64,000 nucleotides of DNA from an uncultured Gammaproteobacteria bacterium. GTDB lineage: Bacteria > Pseudomonadota > Gammaproteobacteria > JACCXJ01. The notes under the pieces are model-generated. The model did not search any database, was not told the DNA's origin, and saw nothing but the letters and a program-made list of their open reading frames with translations. Of this stretch, positions 50,446 through 62,345 are shown piece by piece; position 1 is the first letter of the stretch, and every line of letters starts with the position of its first letter. The position numbers were made by a program, and so were the translations under genes. The stretch is taken from assembly GCA_963764725.1 (NCBI GenBank), contig CAVXTM010000002.1, positions 128,001 through 192,000 on the forward strand, written 5' to 3'.

Positions 50446-51558
50446 CTATATCCCAAGCCAACTGTAGAGGATTGAAAACGCGGCGTCAGCGACGATGACT
50501 AAGAAGATCGCCTGCACTACGCTGACTGTGGTTTGGCGGCCGACGCTGTCGGCGCTGCCCATCACCCGGAAACCTTGGAAGCACCCGACGACGGCGACGA
50601 TCATTGCGAATACCGGAGCTTTGCCAATACCGAGGAGAAATGATCTGAGCGTGACTTCCCCGGGGATGCGGTCGAGAAAATCCAAGTAGCTCACGTCCAA
50701 GAGCTTAGCGGCCATGACCATGCCGCCTAAGACGCCGGCCGCATCGGCGACCAGAGTCAGAAGCGGTAGGGCGATCATTAGCCCGAGAATCTTCGGCAAG
50801 ACGAGCAGCTCGAAGGGCGAGATACCGATGGTTTTCAAGGCATCGATCTCTTCCGTGACCTTCATCGTCCCAATCTCGGCCGTGTATGCCGACCCCGTGC
50901 GGCCGGCGATGATGATCGCTGTCATCATGGGACCGAACTCGCGGAACATCGTGAGCGTTACGAGCTCGACGATGAAGATGTTAGCACCATAGCTTCGCAG
51001 CTGAATTCCGCCCTGGTATGCGATGACAACTCCAAGCAGAAACGAGAGCAAGGCGACGATCGGGATCGCGCGCACGCCAGCGCGTTCGACACAGCTGAAG
51101 AAAGCCCGCCAACGGATGCGTGAAGGTTTTCGAATGTTGCGTAGAAACGCGGCGCTCACCTCGCCGATAAACGTCAGCAAACGCAGGCTATGATCGAAGC
51201 GTTCAATAGCCTCTTGTCCTAACCGCCCGAGGATGCCAAAAGCTTTGGGGATAGGCTCATCGTCGACCGAATTGGTGCGGGCTTCGATCAACTCCAAAAG
51301 CGCGCGGAACTCCTCGCGCAGACCCGTCAACTGCGCAGGCACACCCTGCGCGGCATAGGTACGCAACATCCGTTGCAGAAGCCAGGCCCCGTTGGTATCG
51401 AGCGCGGTGATCCCGCTTGCGTCGAGGATCACCGGCCTCGGTGCCTGGGCCGCGAAGCTTGTTTCCAAGAGCGCGAGATTGCGCATCGTCCAAGCACCAG
51501 TAAGCCGCAACTGCCTGGCTCGAAGGTCGATTTTCGCGTTCTCAGATTGTTCGGTCAC
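50446..51558 (-). CDS. MlaE-family permease with N-terminal STAS domain
   Basis: REFGPMMTAIIIAGRTGSAYTAEIGTMKVTEEIDAL. Confidence 0.92.
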   Translation of the reverse strand: MTEQSENAKIDLRARQLRLTGAWTMRNLALLETSFAAQAPRPVILDASGITALDTNGAWLLQRMLRTYAAQGVPAQLTGLREEFRALLELIEARTNSVDDEPIPKAFGILGRLGQEAIERFDHSLRLLTFIGEVSAAFLRNIRKPSRIRWRAFFSCVERAGVRAIPIVALLSFLLGVVIAYQGGIQLRSYGANIFIVELVTLTMFREFGPMMTAIIIAGRTGSAYTAEIGTMKVTEEIDALKTIGISPFELLVLPKILGLMIALPLLTLVADAAGVLGGMVMAAKLLDVSYLDFLDRIPGEVTLRSFLLGIGKAPVFAMIVAVVGCFQGFRVMGSADSVGRQTTVSVVQAIFLVIVADAAFSILYSWLGI

Positions 51559-51928
51559 GGCGTGCGCGGGCCGTTGCGATGAGGGTGTGACGAAGCATTC
51601 AGGGCGTTGGCGAGGACGGACTGTAAGCGGCGAAAATGCGAGCCCGACCCAGTATACTCGATCACATGTCCGGCACATCCAGAACTGGGTGTAGGGCCTT
51701 TATAGCAGCGGACCTCGGCAATGGCTATATCCACCGTACAAGGGCGTCATCTCCTTGTCCGACATTGTCTCAGGCGCCCGTCTCTTAGCAACAGGCGTCG
51801 GTCTGTGATCTAAAAACCCGCGAATCTTATTACGGCGAGTTATCCGCGTCACGCACCGTCGGGGTCGATTTTCCATACTCACTGATGTAGGATTTAGCCT
51901 CATCGGTGTCTCGTAAGGAGCCAGAGCA

Positions 51929-52432
51929 ATGGAACAAGTGCGTCAGGGCACAGGGACGTATATCGGGAAACACATGGCCGGCGGCGTTTCAGCCGCTCAA
52001 CGGCGCGGCTCCGATCGGCGGCGCCTGTCTTGGTGGACCTTGACATATGGGTCGTTTTGTGGGCACCGCGCGCGAGAGAGGCGGTACAACGGTGCGGTGG
52101 GTTACATCGACCGCTACGAGATGCCGCTGTTCGTTGTCTCGATCGGTGTCTTTGTCCTAGGGTGCGTGGATGCCTGCTTAACGTTGCGTCTTCTAGCGGC
52201 AGGTGCGACCGAGGTCAATCCGCTGCTTGATGCCGTACTGCGCGCCGATACCACGCTGTTTTTACTCGTGAAATTCGTGCTGACAGCGATCGGTCTAGCG
52301 ATTCTAGTACTGCACAAGAATTTCACTGTTTTCTACTGCCTCAAAGGGCAAACCATCCTCCAAATCACGTTCGCGATCTACGTTTGTCTTGTCGGGTACG
52401 AAGCGGCGTTGTTGTCGTTAAGCGAAGCTTGA
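51929..52432 (+). CDS. DUF5658-like membrane protein
   Basis: DACLTLRLL..GATEVNPLL. Confidence 0.7.
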   Translation: MEQVRQGTGTYIGKHMAGGVSAAQRRGSDRRRLSWWTLTYGSFCGHRARERRYNGAVGYIDRYEMPLFVVSIGVFVLGCVDACLTLRLLAAGATEVNPLLDAVLRADTTLFLLVKFVLTAIGLAILVLHKNFTVFYCLKGQTILQITFAIYVCLVGYEAALLSLSEA

Positions 52433-52933
52433 ATGCAAACGGGCCGTGGGTCCACGACCCGTCGGCCCAGTTTCTTAGCTCGGCTATCGTCTGCTAATGA
52501 GATTTCCGCTCGCACATTGCCTAAGGGCTCATGAATTCGGTTGGCACTTTGGGCAAGCGTAAACTGTGGCCAGCTCAATACGACCATGCTTCCGCTGGCT
52601 GCTATCACAAGGGGATCGTGAGCCATGGGTTTAAAAAGCTCCTTTTCAGTTTTTAGGTAACGCCGATATCGTCAGGAGGAGAATATTCTTCAGTCTGGTT
52701 GTTGTTTGCGAAGGGAAACGGCAACGTCGAAGCATAGGTCCAGCACAAGCGCCCCGCTGTGAAAAAGTTCACAGAACCTCGTCCTAGTCGCTCGCAGCTC
52801 GCTGTTCCACTTCCGTACTTATTGGCCAATCGCCCTTTAACGTCGTGTCGGACGGGCTTCAATAATGTCGCCGAGCGCGGTGCAACATGCGTAAAACAAT
52901 GCACGTGACTAACCACTAACACGGGATTTTCGT

Positions 52934-54376
52934 ATGGCGTTCGGACCCGGGGCTAAACATGGGGGTAAGCTCAAAGCGGCGCTCGATCAGGTCGTTGACC
53001 TGCTTAACAAACAAGATCTTGTGAGTGAGATCGCCGCGCGTCAGGCTACTCCGCGTCACGAACTGCTACAGAGTCTGTTGCTAAAACAGCATCTGGCGGA
53101 GGTGCAGCGGCGGATAGCGCAGCTCCACCCGGCGGACCTCGCCTTTGTATTGGAAGGTTTACCGTTAGACCGTCGCCACGTTGTGTGGGATCTCCTGCGT
53201 CCCGAGACGCGGGGCGCCGTGCTCCTGGAACTTTCCGATGCGGTGCGGGCGAGTCTCATTGCCGACATGCCGAAGAAAGAAATTCTTGGGGCCGTCGAGC
53301 ACCTAGAATCGGAGGATATCGCCGATCTGGTCCCGAGCCTCTCTCAGGATACGGTATCGGAGCTGTTCGATACGCTCGACCGCGAGGATCGTAGCGAGGT
53401 TCAGACCATACTCGAGTTTCCGCCGGGCACGGTCGGCTCACTCATGGACCTCGATGTTGTGACGGTGCGCGAACATGTAACCCTTGATGTCGTGCTCCGC
53501 TACCTGCGGCGTCGCAGCGGCCTGCCTGCCCGCATCGACCATATCTTCGTGGTCGATCGCGGAGGTATCTTGAAGGGACTGCTCCCAATTAGAAAGCTGT
53601 TGGTCCACGATCCCGATGTGCAGGTCCATGAGGTCTTGGTTCCCGATCCGATTTTTTTCTACACCGAAGATGCGGCGACGGACGCCGTGCAAGCCTTCGA
53701 GCGTTATGACATTATTACCGCACCCGTCTTGAACTTGCACGATCGGGTCGTGGGTATGATCACGGTCAACGCAGTGATGGACTATCGGCGCGAGACGACC
53801 GAACGCGATCGCTTGAAACAAGTCGGATTAAACGAGGACGAAGACCTGTTCGCACCCATCTGGAAAAGCGCTAAAAACCGCTGGGCGTGGCTAGCGATCA
53901 ACCTGGTTACCGCCTTTATCGCCTCGCGTGTGATCGGAGTCTTCGAGGGCACGATCGATAAGCTCGTCGCGCTGGCGGCTTTGATGCCGATCGTCGCCAG
54001 TATCGGCGGGAACACGGGCAATCAAACCGTTGCCTTATTGATTCGTGGTCTGGCATTGGATCAGATCCATCGCGGGAACCTCGGGTACTTGGTGTACAAG
54101 GAGATCGGGATAAGCATTCTGAATGGCATCATCTGGGGTGCGGTCGTGGGAACATTCGCCTTGGTTTTCTATTCCAAGATTTCGCTAGCGGTACTTATGG
54201 CAGTGGCGGTGCTGCTCAACTTGGTGATTGCATCACTTGCCGGCATATTTATCCCGCTAGGCCTACGGTGGCTGGGCCGTGATCCGGTCTTCGGCAGTAG
54301 TGTCATGTTGACTGCAATTACCGATTCGATGGGGTTCTTTATCTTCCTTGGGCTGGCAGCGGCATTTCTGATTTAA
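52934..54376 (+). CDS. mgtE: Magnesium transporter MgtE
   Basis: HPADLA, CBS pair, LMPIVASIGGNTGNQT, TAITDSMGF. Confidence 0.95.
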   Translation: MAFGPGAKHGGKLKAALDQVVDLLNKQDLVSEIAARQATPRHELLQSLLLKQHLAEVQRRIAQLHPADLAFVLEGLPLDRRHVVWDLLRPETRGAVLLELSDAVRASLIADMPKKEILGAVEHLESEDIADLVPSLSQDTVSELFDTLDREDRSEVQTILEFPPGTVGSLMDLDVVTVREHVTLDVVLRYLRRRSGLPARIDHIFVVDRGGILKGLLPIRKLLVHDPDVQVHEVLVPDPIFFYTEDAATDAVQAFERYDIITAPVLNLHDRVVGMITVNAVMDYRRETTERDRLKQVGLNEDEDLFAPIWKSAKNRWAWLAINLVTAFIASRVIGVFEGTIDKLVALAALMPIVASIGGNTGNQTVALLIRGLALDQIHRGNLGYLVYKEIGISILNGIIWGAVVGTFALVFYSKISLAVLMAVAVLLNLVIASLAGIFIPLGLRWLGRDPVFGSSVMLTAITDSMGFFIFLGLAAAFLI

Positions 54377-54492
54377 TTCATGCGCTCCCCCGCGTACGCG
54401 TAATTCACCCAGCGGTTGCGCTAAAGCGGCTGATCGCAAGGTTCTTCCTGCGTAAAATAGTGTAAGTCTCATCGAATAAAAAGGTAGTTGGC

Positions 54493-55900
54493 ATGCGTTA
54501 TCGACCTCCCTCAATAGCCGCGATCGCGTTCGGAAAACTGGTAGTCGCGTTATTATCTGGAATGCTGGGAATTCAGGTTTCGCACGCGGCGCTCCCTTGG
54601 TTCGGGAGTGACCATCCAACCCTGGCGCCGATGCTGGAGCGGGTTACGCCTGCAGTCGTGAATATCGCTACCGAGGGCCGCGTTAAAATTCAGCAAAATC
54701 CGCTGTTCGAGGACCCGTTCTTTCGCCACTTTTTCGGCGTTCCGAATCAACCTCTGGAACGCAAAACCCAAAGCCTCGGATCCGGAGTCATCGTCAACGC
54801 GGGGCGCGGTTTGGTCATTACCAATGCCCACGTAATCGCCAATGCCCAGCAAATCACGGTCACGCTGCGCGATGGACGTAGGATCGAGGCCAAGCGCATC
54901 GGCAGCGATACGGCGACGGATGTGGCCGTGATCCAGATCCCGTCCGAGCGGTTGACGGCGCTGCCCATGGCGGATTCTGATCAGTTAAGAGTCGGTGACT
55001 TCGTGGTCGCAATCGGTAACCCCTTTGGCCTCGGGCAGACCGTAACCTCCGGGATCGTAAGCGCCCTGGGGCGCAGCGGGCTCGGTATCGAAGGATACGA
55101 GGATTTTATCCAGACGGATGCCTCGATCAATCCGGGTAACTCCGGTGGCGCGTTGGTCGACCTCGATGGCCGTTTAACGGGGATCAATACGGCGATTTTC
55201 TCCGGAAGCGGCGGAAGTATCGGCATCGGGTTCGCGATCCCAACCAACATGGCGCGGCAAGTGATGGAGCAACTGGTGGATCACGGTGAGGTCCGTCGCG
55301 GGCAATTGGGTGTCCAGCTTCAAGATCTGGATATTTCACTGGCCGAGGCGTTCGGTCTGAAAGATCAGCAAGGCGCAGTGATCGTGAGCGTATTGGAAGA
55401 TTCTCCCGCAGCGAGGGCCAGTTTGAAAGCAGGGGATATCGTGGTGGCCGTGAACGATAGGAATGTCATTAATGCGAGTAGCGTACGCAATATAGTCGGG
55501 CTGCTCCGCGTGGGTGAAAGGGTGCGGCTCGATGTGCTACGCAAGGGTCTGTTCGGACGCAACGAGCGGGTTGAAATTACCGCGACGGTCACAAGCCAAA
55601 GCAAGACCCTCACGAGTAGTGCCGCGCTTGAGAACCCGCGTTTAGACGGCGCTAAGTTCGGCGAGATCCCAAATGAAGCGTCGCGCCTACGGTGAGGTGG
55701 AGGGCGTCATAGTGTACGAGGTAAAACGGGGGAGCCGGGCGTGGCTCAGCGGCATTCGCAGAGGAGATATCATCTTATCCGTTAACCGCATTGCGGTGTC
55801 GAATGTCAACGAGTTCTACCAACTTGCGAATAAGCATAGAGGCGCGTTGCTGCTACACGTCCTGCGTGGGGACAATGCGGCGTTTGTCGTCGTGCGGTAG
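54493..55900 (+). CDS. degQ: DegQ/Do serine protease with a frameshift before the second PDZ domain
   Basis: TNAHV, QTDASINPGNSGG; ORF stops at 55695 and PDZ2 continues in frame 55673-55900. Confidence 0.88.
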
Positions 55901-55929
55901 TGTGTCCTCTGCTTAGAGTCCCCCTCGGG

Positions 55930-56170
55930 GATGGTTGAAACCCCTCGCCTTCAGGCGAAGCAGGATTTCGTGTAACGTGGGAGCGTGCGACGCTATAGGG
56001 TAGGCGCGCACACGAAGGGCGATCTGAAGGTGCACCTGGTATGGATTCCCAAATATAGGAAACCGGTGCTGACGGGGTAGTGGCGATACGTGTGCGCGAC
56101 GTAATTAGGCAGATAGCGATGGAACATGAGCTGGAGATAATCTCCGGCAAGGTGGCACGCGACCACGTAG
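55930..56170 (+). mobile_element. IS200/IS605 tnpA remnant with end hairpin
   Basis: GAAACCCCTCGCCTTCAGGCGA; HLVWIPKYRKPVL / VAIRVRDVIRQIA...ARDHV, frameshifted and truncated. Confidence 0.82.
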
Positions 56171-56260
56171 CCGGGCTCGCCTGGCCCGCCGGCGCAGCCG
56201 CCCGAGCCATCGTCTGCCATGAAGCTTGAGAGGGCAGGAGCGGCAGCGCCTTGGTGCGGA

Positions 56261-56653
56261 TCAATTGATTACGTTATGTCCCCGGCCACGCATGCAATTT
56301 GAATACGCGCGTTTGTAATCTCCCTCGGTGTCATAAGCGTTGTACGCGCCACTGCCGATGCCGCCGGTCGCCGCGCCAATCGCCGCCCCTGTGCCCGGGC
56401 TTCCAACCGCAGCGCCAATCGCGGCCCCCGCGGCCGCGCCGATCGCGCCTCCCAGCAAGGTGCCTTTTACGGTTTCGCCACCTGTGCTACCCGCGGCCTG
56501 TTGCGCGATCTGCTTGCATTCAACAGTATCCGCCGTGATGCGTTCCGGATGGGGATCCCCGTAGGGATCAACAGTTGGCGCCCAGCCGGTTTGTGTTGCA
56601 CAGCCGGCTAGCCCAAGTGTTACAACGAGCGCGTATTTCTTGAAATGTCGCAT
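56261..56653 (-). CDS. Glycine-zipper lipoprotein
   Basis: Lipobox LAGC; GGAIGAAAGAAIGA; CMRGRG. Confidence 0.85.
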   Translation of the reverse strand: MRHFKKYALVVTLGLAGCATQTGWAPTVDPYGDPHPERITADTVECKQIAQQAAGSTGGETVKGTLLGGAIGAAAGAAIGAAVGSPGTGAAIGAATGGIGSGAYNAYDTEGDYKRAYSNCMRGRGHNVIN

Positions 56654-56824
56654 GACTAAAAACCCTCCGTTTCAGACAATCGTGAATAGAGTAATAGGTA
56701 CCATTCCGAAAAAAAAGGTAGCGGCAACTTCCGGCTACGCTTGATCGGGCGGCCATTCGGTGGTACCACCATCGCGCGTGTGACCCTAATCGCAGACGTT
56801 GGACCAGGCCGCGCGCGAAAGATT

Positions 56825-57103
56825 CTATGGCACTGCAAAGTGCTGGGGCCGTCTTGTAAGCCGGAGGGTCCAACCTGGCAGGGAAAGACCAAGATTCGCG
56901 AGGATAACGCCTAGGCCGATGCCTGGGCACAAGCCGTAGCCATGGACCAGTAGCGCTGCCAAGACGATTCCGGCCGGTGGCCAAACGAGCGAGACGCTGC
57001 TGCCGGTGAGCGTAAACGCTTGGCCCAGCTTCGCTCCTGCGAAGTACAAGCCGGCGAGTACAAAAACGCGGGCACGATACGGTATCCATCGCCTATCGTC
57101 CAT
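56825..57103 (-). pseudogene. MASE1-domain fragment
   Basis: YFAGAKLG...SLVWPPAGIVLAALL, truncated. Confidence 0.65.
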
Positions 57104-57178
57104 GAATCCGCTTCACGGTTATTGATAAAATGGTGCGGTCAGCCAGTGTGTTGTAAGTTTGGTTGCTCGCGCCATCGT

Positions 57179-57205
57179 TTTGCACTGTCCGAGGATGAGT
57201 GTTAA
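57179..57205. promoter_or_regulatory. CIRCE-like HrcA operator
   Basis: TTTGCACTG-N9-GAGTGTTAA upstream of hrcA (consensus TTAGCACTC-N9-GAGTGCTAA). Confidence 0.75.
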
Positions 57206-57297
57206 ATTCCTGGGGTGTTCCTTGCCTCGGCGAGGAAAAGCATTCCACGGACATTAAATCGATGAGTATTACCCGAGATCTGAACCGGTAGCGAGCG

Positions 57298-58344
57298 ATG
57301 GTGGCGAGTGTCAAAGAGGGCATCCTCTCGGCGCGGGCTCAGCACCTGTTTAGGCTGCTGGTGGAACGCTATATCAGCGACGGTCAGCCGATCGGATCGC
57401 GTACGCTCGCGCGCGACGCCGGCATGGATCTGAGTCCAGCCACGATAAGAAACGTGATGGCCGATCTCGAGGATCTCGGTCTCATCCGCTCGCCCCACAC
57501 CTCGGCGGGCCGGGTGCCTACAACCCGCGGCTACCGGTTTTTCGTCGATTCGCTATTGACTGTGAAAGCGGTATCCCAACAAGAAGTAATGCGCTTACAC
57601 GCGGATTTGGGTACCGAGGACGATATCAATCGCCTGCTCGCCAAGACCTCCAACCTATTGTCGGAAGTCACCCGGCTTGCGGGCGTGGTCATGGTCCCGC
57701 GCGCTGAGCATCGCGCGTTGCGGCACGTCGAGTTCGTAAGGATGTCCGATACGCGCGTCTTGGTGATCCTCGTGATTAACAATAACGAGGTGCATAACCG
57801 TGTGATCTGCACCACGCGGACCTATTCGGAATCGGAGTTACAGCAAGCCTCGAACTACCTCAATCACGTCTTCGCCGGAAGAGAGTTGTTCGAGGTCCGC
57901 GATCAGCTCGTCGCCGAGATGAGCAGCGCGCAACAAGAGATGAACCGGATGATGCAAGCCGCAGTGGAAATGGCGCAAAAGGCCTTCGAGACGCCGCATG
58001 ACGACTACGTGTGGGCTGGGCAAACCAATCTAATGGGTATCGAGGCCTGGGCGGATATAGCGAAGCTGCGGCAACTTTTTGAAGCCTTCGGTCAAAAGCG
58101 TGACGTACTGCACCTGCTAGACCAGGCGTTAAACGCTCAAGGTGTGCAGATATTTATCGGCGACGAATCCGGATATGAGTTTCTGGATGATTGCAGTCTG
58201 GTTACCTCGACCTATTCCGCGGATGGAAAGGTGCTGGGCGTTCTCGGCATCATCGGCCCCACGCGCATGGCTTACGAGCGCGTCATACCCATTGTCGATG
58301 TCACCGCCAAGGTTCTCGGTTTGGCCTTGAAATCCCTGAATTGA
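57298..58344 (+). CDS. hrcA: Heat-inducible transcription repressor
   Basis: SPATIRNVMADLE, PHTSAGRVPT, IIGPTRM. Confidence 0.97.
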   Translation: MVASVKEGILSARAQHLFRLLVERYISDGQPIGSRTLARDAGMDLSPATIRNVMADLEDLGLIRSPHTSAGRVPTTRGYRFFVDSLLTVKAVSQQEVMRLHADLGTEDDINRLLAKTSNLLSEVTRLAGVVMVPRAEHRALRHVEFVRMSDTRVLVILVINNNEVHNRVICTTRTYSESELQQASNYLNHVFAGRELFEVRDQLVAEMSSAQQEMNRMMQAAVEMAQKAFETPHDDYVWAGQTNLMGIEAWADIAKLRQLFEAFGQKRDVLHLLDQALNAQGVQIFIGDESGYEFLDDCSLVTSTYSADGKVLGVLGIIGPTRMAYERVIPIVDVTAKVLGLALKSLN

Positions 58345-58351
58345 ACCCCAT
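58326..58351 (+). promoter_or_regulatory. Sigma32 promoter for grpE
   Basis: CTTGAA-N14-CCCCAT. Confidence 0.8.
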
Positions 58352-58420
58352 AGTGAGAATCGGTTTTATGGGGGCGGGACGCTTACATAAAAAAAAGCGC
58401 ACCGTAACTCAGCCACGTGT

Positions 58421-59083
58421 TTGTCCAATGAACTAAGCGAGGATCTTGCCGTGAGTGACCAAGAGGCGAATAAGAACGCCGTGCTTCAATCCCAGACACT
58501 TGCACAGCCGGCCCCGGAATCCGCGAAAAGTATTCACCACGATCCGACCGCGCCGGAAGAGGCGTTGTCCATAGACGCCCTACCAAGCGTCGATGCATTG
58601 CAGAGTGCGCTCGACGAAGCGGCGCGTAAGGCGGATGAGTATCGGGACGAGCTGTTGCGAGCGAGAGCGGAGCTGGAAAACGTCATCAAACGGTCAGGCA
58701 AGGAGGTCGCCAATGCGCACAAATATGCGCTGGAGCGGTTTGTCGCGGACCTGCTGCCGGTCAAGGATAGCCTAGACTTGGGCCGGGCCGCCTCCAATCA
58801 ATCCGCGGATGTCGCGGCGATCCGCGAAGGTTTGGATCTCATCGTCAAAATGTTGGACGCGACGCTGATCAAGCATGGCATCAGGGCAATCGAGCCCCAA
58901 GGTGAACGCTTTAATCCGGAGTTACATCAAGCCATGACCATGCAAGAATCGAAAAATTCGGCGCCTGGGACCGTCCTCAGCGTGGTGCAAAAGGGCTATT
59001 CGCTCAACGATCGACTGCTGCGGCCGGCGATGGTAATCGTCGCCAAAGCGCCCGAAGACCGCCCGGCGCCGGCGGCAAACTAG
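58421..59083 (+). CDS. grpE: Nucleotide exchange factor GrpE
   Basis: LRARAELEN, FNPELHQAM, QKGYSLNDRLLRPAMV. Confidence 0.96.
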   Translation: MSNELSEDLAVSDQEANKNAVLQSQTLAQPAPESAKSIHHDPTAPEEALSIDALPSVDALQSALDEAARKADEYRDELLRARAELENVIKRSGKEVANAHKYALERFVADLLPVKDSLDLGRAASNQSADVAAIREGLDLIVKMLDATLIKHGIRAIEPQGERFNPELHQAMTMQESKNSAPGTVLSVVQKGYSLNDRLLRPAMVIVAKAPEDRPAPAAN

Positions 59084-59098
59084 CCGGTGGCGCCAGGC

Positions 59099-59124
59099 CT
59101 TGAAAATGCCATCTTAGTCCCCAT
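59099..59124 (+). promoter_or_regulatory. Sigma32 promoter for dnaK
   Basis: CTTGAA-N14-CCCCAT. Confidence 0.8.
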
Positions 59125-59187
59125 GTTGCCAACCAGCGAGCGGGCTCTATTCGTATTCTAAATTCGTAACTTCTGGAGATTCGGGCA

Positions 59188-61119
59188 ATGGGCACAATCA
59201 TCGGTATCGACCTCGGTACGACTAACTCCTGCGTGGCCATCCTGGAGGGCGGAAAGCCGAAGGTTGTGGAGAATAGCGAGGGTGGCCGCACGACGCCGTC
59301 CATCGTCGCGTTTACGACGGACAACGAAGTATTGGTCGGCCAAGCGGCCAAGCGGCAAGCGGTGACCAACCCCCACAACACGCTCTTCGCGGTGAAGCGT
59401 CTGATTGGACGGCGCTTCGATGACGATGTCGTTAAACGCGATATGAGCCTGGTGCCGTATAAGATTGTGCGCGCCGACAATGGCGATGCATGGGTCGAGG
59501 CGGGCGGGAAGAAAATGGCCCCGCCCGAGATCTCGGCGCGGGTCCTGATCAAAATGAAGAAAACCGCGGAGGATTACCTCGGCGAGGAGGTCAAGGAAGC
59601 CGTGATCACGGTCCCGGCGTATTTCAATGATTCACAGCGGCAAGCCACCAAAGACGCGGGCCGGATTGCCGGGCTTGAGGTCAAGCGCATTATCAACGAG
59701 CCGACCGCCGCCGCCTTGGCTTATGGCATGGACAAGAAGCGCGGGGATGCCAAGATCGCGGTCTACGATCTCGGGGGTGGAACCTTTGACATATCGATCA
59801 TCGAGATCTCCGAGGTCGATGGCGAGCATCAGTTCGAGGTCCTCTCGACCAACGGCGATACTTTCCTCGGCGGCGAGGATTTCGACCGGCGCATAATCGA
59901 TTATATCGCCGACGAGTTCAAGAAAGAACAAGGGGTGGATCTTCGTAACGACCCCTTGGCGCTGCAACGGCTGAAAGAAGCGGCGGAGAAAGCCAAGATC
60001 GAGTTGTCCTCAAGTCAGCAGACCGACATCAACCTTCCATATATCACGGCCGACGCCAGTGGCCCGAAGCATCTCAATATAAAGCTGACGCGCGCCAAGC
60101 TCGAATCCTTGGTCGAGGACATCATCATGAGTACCCTCGATCCCTGCAAGACGGCGCTGAAAGATGCCGGCCTCGGTGCGGGGGACATCAACGAGGTGAT
60201 CTTGGTCGGAGGTCAGACCCGCATGCCCAAGGTCCAGGAGGTGGTCAAGGCTCTGTTTGGCCGCGAGCCGCGTAAAGACGTCAATCCCGATGAAGCCGTG
60301 GCGGTGGGCGCCGCGATCCAAGCGGGCGTGTTGGGCGGACAGGTCAAGGATGTGCTGTTGCTCGATGTCACGCCGCTGTCGCTCGGGATCGAGACCCTGG
60401 GCGGCGTCAGGACGAAATTGATCGAGAAAAATACCACGATACCGACGAAGGCGGCGCAGGTGTTTTCGACTGCCGAAGACCATCAGACGGCGGTGACGGT
60501 CCACGTGTTGCAAGGCGAACGGGACATGGCGTCCGCCAACAAATCCTTGGGCCGCTTTGATCTGACCGATATCCCGCCAGCGCCGCGCGGGGTCCCGCAG
60601 ATCGAAGTGACGTTCGATATCGACGCCAACGGCATTTTGAACGTGTCGGCCAAGGATAAGGCCACCGGCAAAAAGCAGTCGATCGTCATCAAGGCTTCGA
60701 GCGGTCTAGCCGAAGGGGAGATCCAGAAAATGGTGAAGGATGCCGAGACCCATCGTGAAGAAGATCGCCGTTTTCACGAACTAGTCAACGCTCGGAACCA
60801 TGCCGATACGCTTGTGCATGCGACCACCAAGTCGTTGCACGATCTCGGAGATAAGGTATCAGCGGAGGAGAAACAAGAGATCGAAGCGGCGCTCGACGAG
60901 GTGAAACAGGCATTGAAAGGCGATGACAAAGACGCCATCGAGGCCAAGGTACAGCGACTCTCCGGTCTGGCCGGAAAGATCGCCGAGCGGGCGTACAAGG
61001 AGGCCGGCGCCGAGCCGCAGCAGCCCCCGGCATCGGAAACGCCGGGCGGTAACGGCGCGGCCCGCGCGGACAACGTGGTGGATGCGGATTTTGAAGAGGT
61101 CAAGGAAGACCGCAAGTAA
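59188..61119 (+). CDS. dnaK: Chaperone DnaK
   Basis: [35 protein letters not shown]. Confidence 0.99.
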   Translation: MGTIIGIDLGTTNSCVAILEGGKPKVVENSEGGRTTPSIVAFTTDNEVLVGQAAKRQAVTNPHNTLFAVKRLIGRRFDDDVVKRDMSLVPYKIVRADNGDAWVEAGGKKMAPPEISARVLIKMKKTAEDYLGEEVKEAVITVPAYFNDSQRQATKDAGRIAGLEVKRIINEPTAAALAYGMDKKRGDAKIAVYDLGGGTFDISIIEISEVDGEHQFEVLSTNGDTFLGGEDFDRRIIDYIADEFKKEQGVDLRNDPLALQRLKEAAEKAKIELSSSQQTDINLPYITADASGPKHLNIKLTRAKLESLVEDIIMSTLDPCKTALKDAGLGAGDINEVILVGGQTRMPKVQEVVKALFGREPRKDVNPDEAVAVGAAIQAGVLGGQVKDVLLLDVTPLSLGIETLGGVRTKLIEKNTTIPTKAAQVFSTAEDHQTAVTVHVLQGERDMASANKSLGRFDLTDIPPAPRGVPQIEVTFDIDANGILNVSAKDKATGKKQSIVIKASSGLAEGEIQKMVKDAETHREEDRRFHELVNARNHADTLVHATTKSLHDLGDKVSAEEKQEIEAALDEVKQALKGDDKDAIEAKVQRLSGLAGKIAERAYKEAGAEPQQPPASETPGGNGAARADNVVDADFEEVKEDRK

Positions 61120-61232
61120 CGGCCGGAGTGGGGTAGTTTAGGACGATTCTGCAAGCCGCGGCATCCATGCAGTTCCGGATCCCGCTCTGCGTCAACGCGA
61201 GGGCAGGGCTTACCTTATTTTAATTAATAAGC

Positions 61233-62345
61233 ATGGCAAAGCGCGACTACTACGAGGTCCTGTCCGTCCCGCGCAACGCGACGGAGTCGGATTTGAAAAA
61301 GGCATATCGCCGCCTGGCGATGAAACACCACCCTGATCGTAATCCCGGTGATCGAGCGGCGGAGGAGCAGTTCAAGGAGGCGAAGGAGGCCTACGAAATA
61401 CTAACCGACCAGAGAAAGCGTGCGGCTTACAATCAGTTCGGGCATGCCGGAGTCGATCCTGCCGCGGTGGCACCGGGCGCGGGTAGCTTCAGCGATATCT
61501 TCGACACCGTTTTCGGAGACATTTTCGGCGGGGGAGGCCGGAGCGGGGCGCGCGTCAACCGCGGCGCGGATCTGGTTTATGACCTGGAGATGAGTTTGGA
61601 GGATGCCGTAGCCGGCGCCACGACGGAGATCGAGGTCCCGACACTCACCATGTGTCGCACGTGTAATGGATCCGGTGCGCGTTCCGGCAGCGGAATGGTC
61701 AACTGCTCAAGCTGCGGAGGCCACGGCGCGGTGCGAATGCAACAAGGATTTTTCTCCGTTCAGCAGACCTGTCCGCGTTGCCGGGGCACCGGGAAGGTGA
61801 TTCGAGACCCGTGCGGCTCTTGTCACGGACACGGGCGTATTAAGCAGCATAAGACATTGGCGGTCAAAGTGCCCGCAGGCGTCGATACTGGGGATCGGAT
61901 CCGTTTGTCGGGCGAAGGTGAAGCCGGGGCACACGGCGGTCCGGGGGGTGATCTCTACGTCAACATCCACGTCAAGAAGCATCCTATCTTTACGCGCGAG
62001 GGATCGGATCTTTATTGCGAAGTTCCGATCGGTTTTGTTACCGCGGCCTTAGGCGGGGATCTCGACGTACCTACGCTCAACGGCCGCGTGACGCTGAAGA
62101 TCCCGGCGGAAACACAAACCGGCAAAGTATTTCGCCTCAAAGGGAAAGGGGTAAAAGCCGTGCGAGAGCGCGAGGTGGGCGATCTTCTCTGCCGGGTCGC
62201 GATTGAAACGCCGGTGCATCTCAATTCGGAGCAAAAAGATCTGTTGCGCACCTTTGCGGGCACGATGAAAACCGGGCGCCATAGCCCGCAGGAAAGTTCG
62301 TGGCTCGACGGGGTGAAGCGGTTCTTTGACGAGATGAAATTTTGA
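61233..62345 (+). CDS. dnaJ: Chaperone DnaJ
   Basis: HPD J-domain; four CxxCxGxG repeats. Confidence 0.98.
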   Translation: MAKRDYYEVLSVPRNATESDLKKAYRRLAMKHHPDRNPGDRAAEEQFKEAKEAYEILTDQRKRAAYNQFGHAGVDPAAVAPGAGSFSDIFDTVFGDIFGGGGRSGARVNRGADLVYDLEMSLEDAVAGATTEIEVPTLTMCRTCNGSGARSGSGMVNCSSCGGHGAVRMQQGFFSVQQTCPRCRGTGKVIRDPCGSCHGHGRIKQHKTLAVKVPAGVDTGDRIRLSGEGEAGAHGGPGGDLYVNIHVKKHPIFTREGSDLYCEVPIGFVTAALGGDLDVPTLNGRVTLKIPAETQTGKVFRLKGKGVKAVREREVGDLLCRVAIETPVHLNSEQKDLLRTFAGTMKTGRHSPQESSWLDGVKRFFDEMKF

